A stretch of DNA of 63,725 bases, filler included, from Gemmatimonadota bacterium (lineage in GTDB: Bacteria > 4572-55 > J002), in NCBI GenBank assembly GCA_003697105.1. It is 3 parts of 3 records of this genome, joined end to end, with 100 filler letters (N's around TTAATTAATTAA, not from the genome) between each part and the next. Parts side by side here need not be neighbours in the genome. Positions count along the whole stretch, not along the records: positions 50,818 to 63,725 come from RFFQ01000054.1; 2 more parts are not named here. One strand, written 5' to 3'. The first letter of the stretch is position 1, and every line of letters starts with the position of its first letter. The translations under genes were made by a program, and so were the position numbers. The notes beneath the pieces are model-generated. The model had not been told where the DNA came from, ran no database searches, and worked only from the letters and a program-made list of their open reading frames with translations. Shown here piece by piece: positions 60,614 to 63,725 of this stretch.

Positions 60614-61855
60614 TCAAGGATGGGTCGCCTGAACAACGCATTCTGCCGAGCCGTGGGCAAACTGCACCGTCACCGTGTCTTCAATCGCCAACTGACCGGC
60701 GCGGGTGATAATCTGGTCTCCCTTGCGGGTGACACTGTAACCCCGTTCTAAAATCGCTAACGGGTTGAGGGAGTTGACCAAGCTGACCAGATGCTGAAGT
60801 TGACTTTGTTTTTGGTGTAATCGATGTTGGATGGCGCGGGCTAACGCCTGTTCGCGGGCATCCAGTTGTTGCATTTTGAGCTGAATGTACTGTGCCGGTC
60901 GTTTGAGGGTCGGGCTGTTTTGGTAGCGATCCAGTTGCTCGCGTAATGCCGCTAACCGGCGGGTAATGGCACTGTAAAGCCGATCTTGTACGTCATTCAG
61001 ACCGGCAAGAATCTCGTGTGTGTCCGGTGAAACCAATTCAGCCGCGGCAGAGGGTGTCGGGGCACGCAAATCGGCGACAAAATCACTAATGGTAAAATCG
61101 GTTTCGTGACCGACGGCAGAGACCACCGGAATTTGTGATTCAAATATCGCGCGGGCGACGACTTCCTCATTAAATGCCCATAAATCTTCCAGCGAACCCC
61201 CACCCCGTCCAACAATCAGCACATCAACCGGTATAGTGGCTTGATTGAAATCAGCAATAGCTGTAGCGATCTCATGGGCGGCGGCATCTCCTTGCACCCG
61301 CACCGGACGCAGAATTACCGGAATATGGGGGGCACGCCGGCGTAGAATATTCAAAATATCGCGCACGGCGGCTCCCGTTGGGGAGGTAATCACGCCGATG
61401 ATACGCGGGAATGCCGGTATAGGACGTTTGGTAGTGGCTTCAAAAAGTCCTTCTGCCCCTAATTTTTGTTTGAGTCGTTCAAATTCAGTGTGTAGATTGC
61501 CGACGCCCAGAGGGATCAGTTCCCGCACGTTCAGTTGGTAGCTCCCATTGGGGGGATAGACCGAAATCTCGCCCCGGACAATGACTTGCATTCCATTTTG
61601 GGGGCGAAAGGTCAAGGTGCGGTTGGCGTAGCGGAAAAAGGTACAGCGCAATGTTGCGTTTTCATCCTTGAGCGAAAAATACATGTGCCCGGACGAATGG
61701 TGCGTAAAATTGGAAATTTCGCCAGTGATGAGCAGATTCGGAAGCGCACCTTCCAATACCTCTCGAATAACCGCTGTGATTTCTGAAACCGAAAGAGGAT
61801 GAACCGCTGCCGGAGGTGCCGTCTCCTGAGATGGTGTAAAATGTGGGTACTTCAT
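60614..61855 (-). CDS. xseA: Exodeoxyribonuclease VII large subunit
   Basis: GEISNF...SSGHMYFSLKD, RGGGSLEDLWAFN, SAVGHETD, APTPSAAAE. Confidence 0.97.
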   Translation of the reverse strand: MKYPHFTPSQETAPPAAVHPLSVSEITAVIREVLEGALPNLLITGEISNFTHHSSGHMYFSLKDENATLRCTFFRYANRTLTFRPQNGMQVIVRGEISVYPPNGSYQLNVRELIPLGVGNLHTEFERLKQKLGAEGLFEATTKRPIPAFPRIIGVITSPTGAAVRDILNILRRRAPHIPVILRPVRVQGDAAAHEIATAIADFNQATIPVDVLIVGRGGGSLEDLWAFNEEVVARAIFESQIPVVSAVGHETDFTISDFVADLRAPTPSAAAELVSPDTHEILAGLNDVQDRLYSAITRRLAALREQLDRYQNSPTLKRPAQYIQLKMQQLDAREQALARAIQHRLHQKQSQLQHLVSLVNSLNPLAILERGYSVTRKGDQIITRAGQLAIEDTVTVQFAHGSAECVVQATHP

Positions 61856-62077
61856 TAATAAGCTCTATTGTGCCAAAGGGCAAAATACCTGTAAAAATAT
61901 AGGGCAAATATACCACCTCCCTACAGGGGTGTCAACGCTTTTCCGTGTTGGGACGGTGGTTCTATCCCTCTGTCCCGAAACGCTCTTTCAATGTGACCCC
62001 CCTCCCCCCAAAACCACCATTATGTTGGACTCAACGGGTTAAATCCTTTCAAAGCCGAAAATGTGGCGAACCTATTG

Positions 62078-63523
62078 TTAGATATCCGAATGGGGGGTCG
62101 TCGTGGCATCTGGTGATATGGCTTGTTTGACAAAAGCGAGGGCTTCTTCACGGGAGGTGATCGTTCCGGCAGCGTATTCTTCGGCGAGCTGGCGCAGTAA
62201 TCTGCCGATCTCCGCGCCCGGCGGTACCCCGGCATTGATCAGATCGGTACCATTCAGAAGGGGTGGGTTTGGTTGGGGTTGGTAGTAGTAATCTAACATT
62301 TGGCGGATCAAGTCGATTAGATTCTGGCGCCGTGTTTGCCAGTTAGATTTGCCGCGGGTTGCGGAGATGTCCGCCAGGGCATGGAGTAAAATGACGACAC
62401 CATCCTTTTCTGTGTCTCGAAAATAGCGATGGTATGCTCGCCGGCTAAGATGATCCCGTTCCGCCAATAAACCAAGGGGGCGTAAATGAGACCGAATGAC
62501 ATTTTGGACAAACTTCGTTTCGGTATTGCTAAGTCGAAAACGTTTCGTAATGGCTCTCGATTGGTGTGCCCCCACCTTCTCGTGCTGGTAAAAATGGATG
62601 ATGCCATCCGCATCTTTGGACTGTGTCGTGGCTTTACCCACATCATGTAACAGCATAGTGAATTTCAACATATCGCTTATGCACCGTGTACTTGCCATCG
62701 GCTGTTTAAGGACGTGCCGCACGGCCTCCCCATGTGTTGGAAATAAATCATCAATGCTCAGTAGAATTGCCTCTAGTTCCGCCAGAGCTAACCGGGTATG
62801 TGCCCACACATCCGTGTGATGGTAGTTGTTTTGTTCGATGTTGCGTAAGCGGTCACATTCCGGCAATAAGACCCGTACTAGCCCCAACTTATCCATAACA
62901 TCTACATATTGGTGGGCTTTATCATGCTGTAAAATGATGAAAAATTCCTCGGTGATGCGTTCCATCGCCGGGTAGATCAATCGATTGGCTTCGGCGGCGA
63001 TCCACTGCTGGGTTTGCGGCTCCAGATGAAACCCCAACATAGCGGTGAAGCGAATAGCGCGCAGGATACGCACCGGGTCTGCTTGCAACGCGGCTTTAGA
63101 AACGGCTCGAATTTGCCGCCGTGACAAATCCGCGTGCCCATTGGTGGGATCGATGAGTTGTGCCGGCTCGAAGGGTCCATTTAGCGGTAGCGCCATCGCA
63201 TTGATAGTTAAGTCCCGAGCAAAGAGGTCGGCTTCCAACATCTTCTGCCGGAAGTTTGAAATGTCAATTATCATTTTCGACTCTCGCAGGACAATTCGAG
63301 CCGTTTCTACGGTTTCAAACAGCGGAATGTACGTACCATTCAGTTGGTCGGCAATATGTTGGCCCACTTCAAAAGCTCGCTCTGGGACGATCAGATCGAT
63401 GTCCTTTGCGGGTCGTCCGAGTAACCAATCGCGCACGGTACCCCCCACCAACCAGATAGGCAACCCCGTTTGACGAGAGATGGAGCGTAGCGATTCGATA
63501 ATATCCATCGGGAAATGCGACAT
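62078..63523 (-). CDS. CCA-adding enzyme / poly(A) polymerase family nucleotidyltransferase with HD domain
   Basis: LVGGTVRD, DID, RDLTINAMA, DPVRILR, HH.DVW.H, LLHDVGK. Confidence 0.92.
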   Translation of the reverse strand: MSHFPMDIIESLRSISRQTGLPIWLVGGTVRDWLLGRPAKDIDLIVPERAFEVGQHIADQLNGTYIPLFETVETARIVLRESKMIIDISNFRQKMLEADLFARDLTINAMALPLNGPFEPAQLIDPTNGHADLSRRQIRAVSKAALQADPVRILRAIRFTAMLGFHLEPQTQQWIAAEANRLIYPAMERITEEFFIILQHDKAHQYVDVMDKLGLVRVLLPECDRLRNIEQNNYHHTDVWAHTRLALAELEAILLSIDDLFPTHGEAVRHVLKQPMASTRCISDMLKFTMLLHDVGKATTQSKDADGIIHFYQHEKVGAHQSRAITKRFRLSNTETKFVQNVIRSHLRPLGLLAERDHLSRRAYHRYFRDTEKDGVVILLHALADISATRGKSNWQTRRQNLIDLIRQMLDYYYQPQPNPPLLNGTDLINAGVPPGAEIGRLLRQLAEEYAAGTITSREEALAFVKQAISPDATTTPHSDI

Positions 63524-63537
63524 GGTGTATTTCCGGG

Positions 63538-63725
63538 TTAATGTTGGGCACGGATACGGACGGCAACATCAGGTACGTCGGTTGTAATGCCTGTTATTTG
63601 GGGTAGTTGCGTAAGCTCTCGTAGCATTGATTCTGTGTTGACCGTCCAGATATAGAGCGGCATTTGGTATGTTTTCGCTTGATCTAACAGATCACGATGG
63701 AGTAAGCTCCAATGTAAGTCCAAAC
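63538..63725 (-). CDS. C-terminal part of a glycerophosphodiester phosphodiesterase-like protein (truncated by window edge)
   Basis: YIWTVN...GITTDVP motif. Confidence 0.75.
   Translation of the reverse strand, partial: LDLHWSLLHRDLLDQAKTYQMPLYIWTVNTESMLRELTQLPQITGITTDVPDVAVRIRAQH

Overview
This is bacterial DNA from a diderm, probably anaerobic organism. The PorU-like C25 protease with an FlgD-Ig/CTD tail and the TonB-dependent receptor suggest an FCB-group-like lineage (inference). The window is three contigs joined by artificial N-spacers containing TTAATTAATTAA (26526-26625 and 50718-50817), so adjacency across those joins is not evidence. Contig 1 carries a transposase remnant, rnhA, a fused eukaryote-like PyrE-PyrF, hydrolases, a MarR-RND-TonB receptor-TolC-MarC operon and a PorU-like gene. 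Contig 2 carries housekeeping genes (ruvX, cdsA, tpiA, secG), then a ~19 kb respiratory locus with more than 70 CxxCH heme motifs. That locus holds a heme-sensing histidine kinase, two receiver-GcvH-like fusion proteins, four different quinone-interface modules, a porin and a double-rhodanese lipoprotein. Its standout gene is a multiheme lipoprotein that the ORF track splits at an in-frame UGA (GEG-U-GG) followed by a SECIS-like hairpin, i.e. a candidate unannotated selenoprotein cytochrome. Contig 3 carries a small gene flanked by inverted short-repeat arrays, an amidohydrolase, an HD-GYP protein, ftsK, a prenyltransferase, xseAB and a CCA/HD nucleotidyltransferase.
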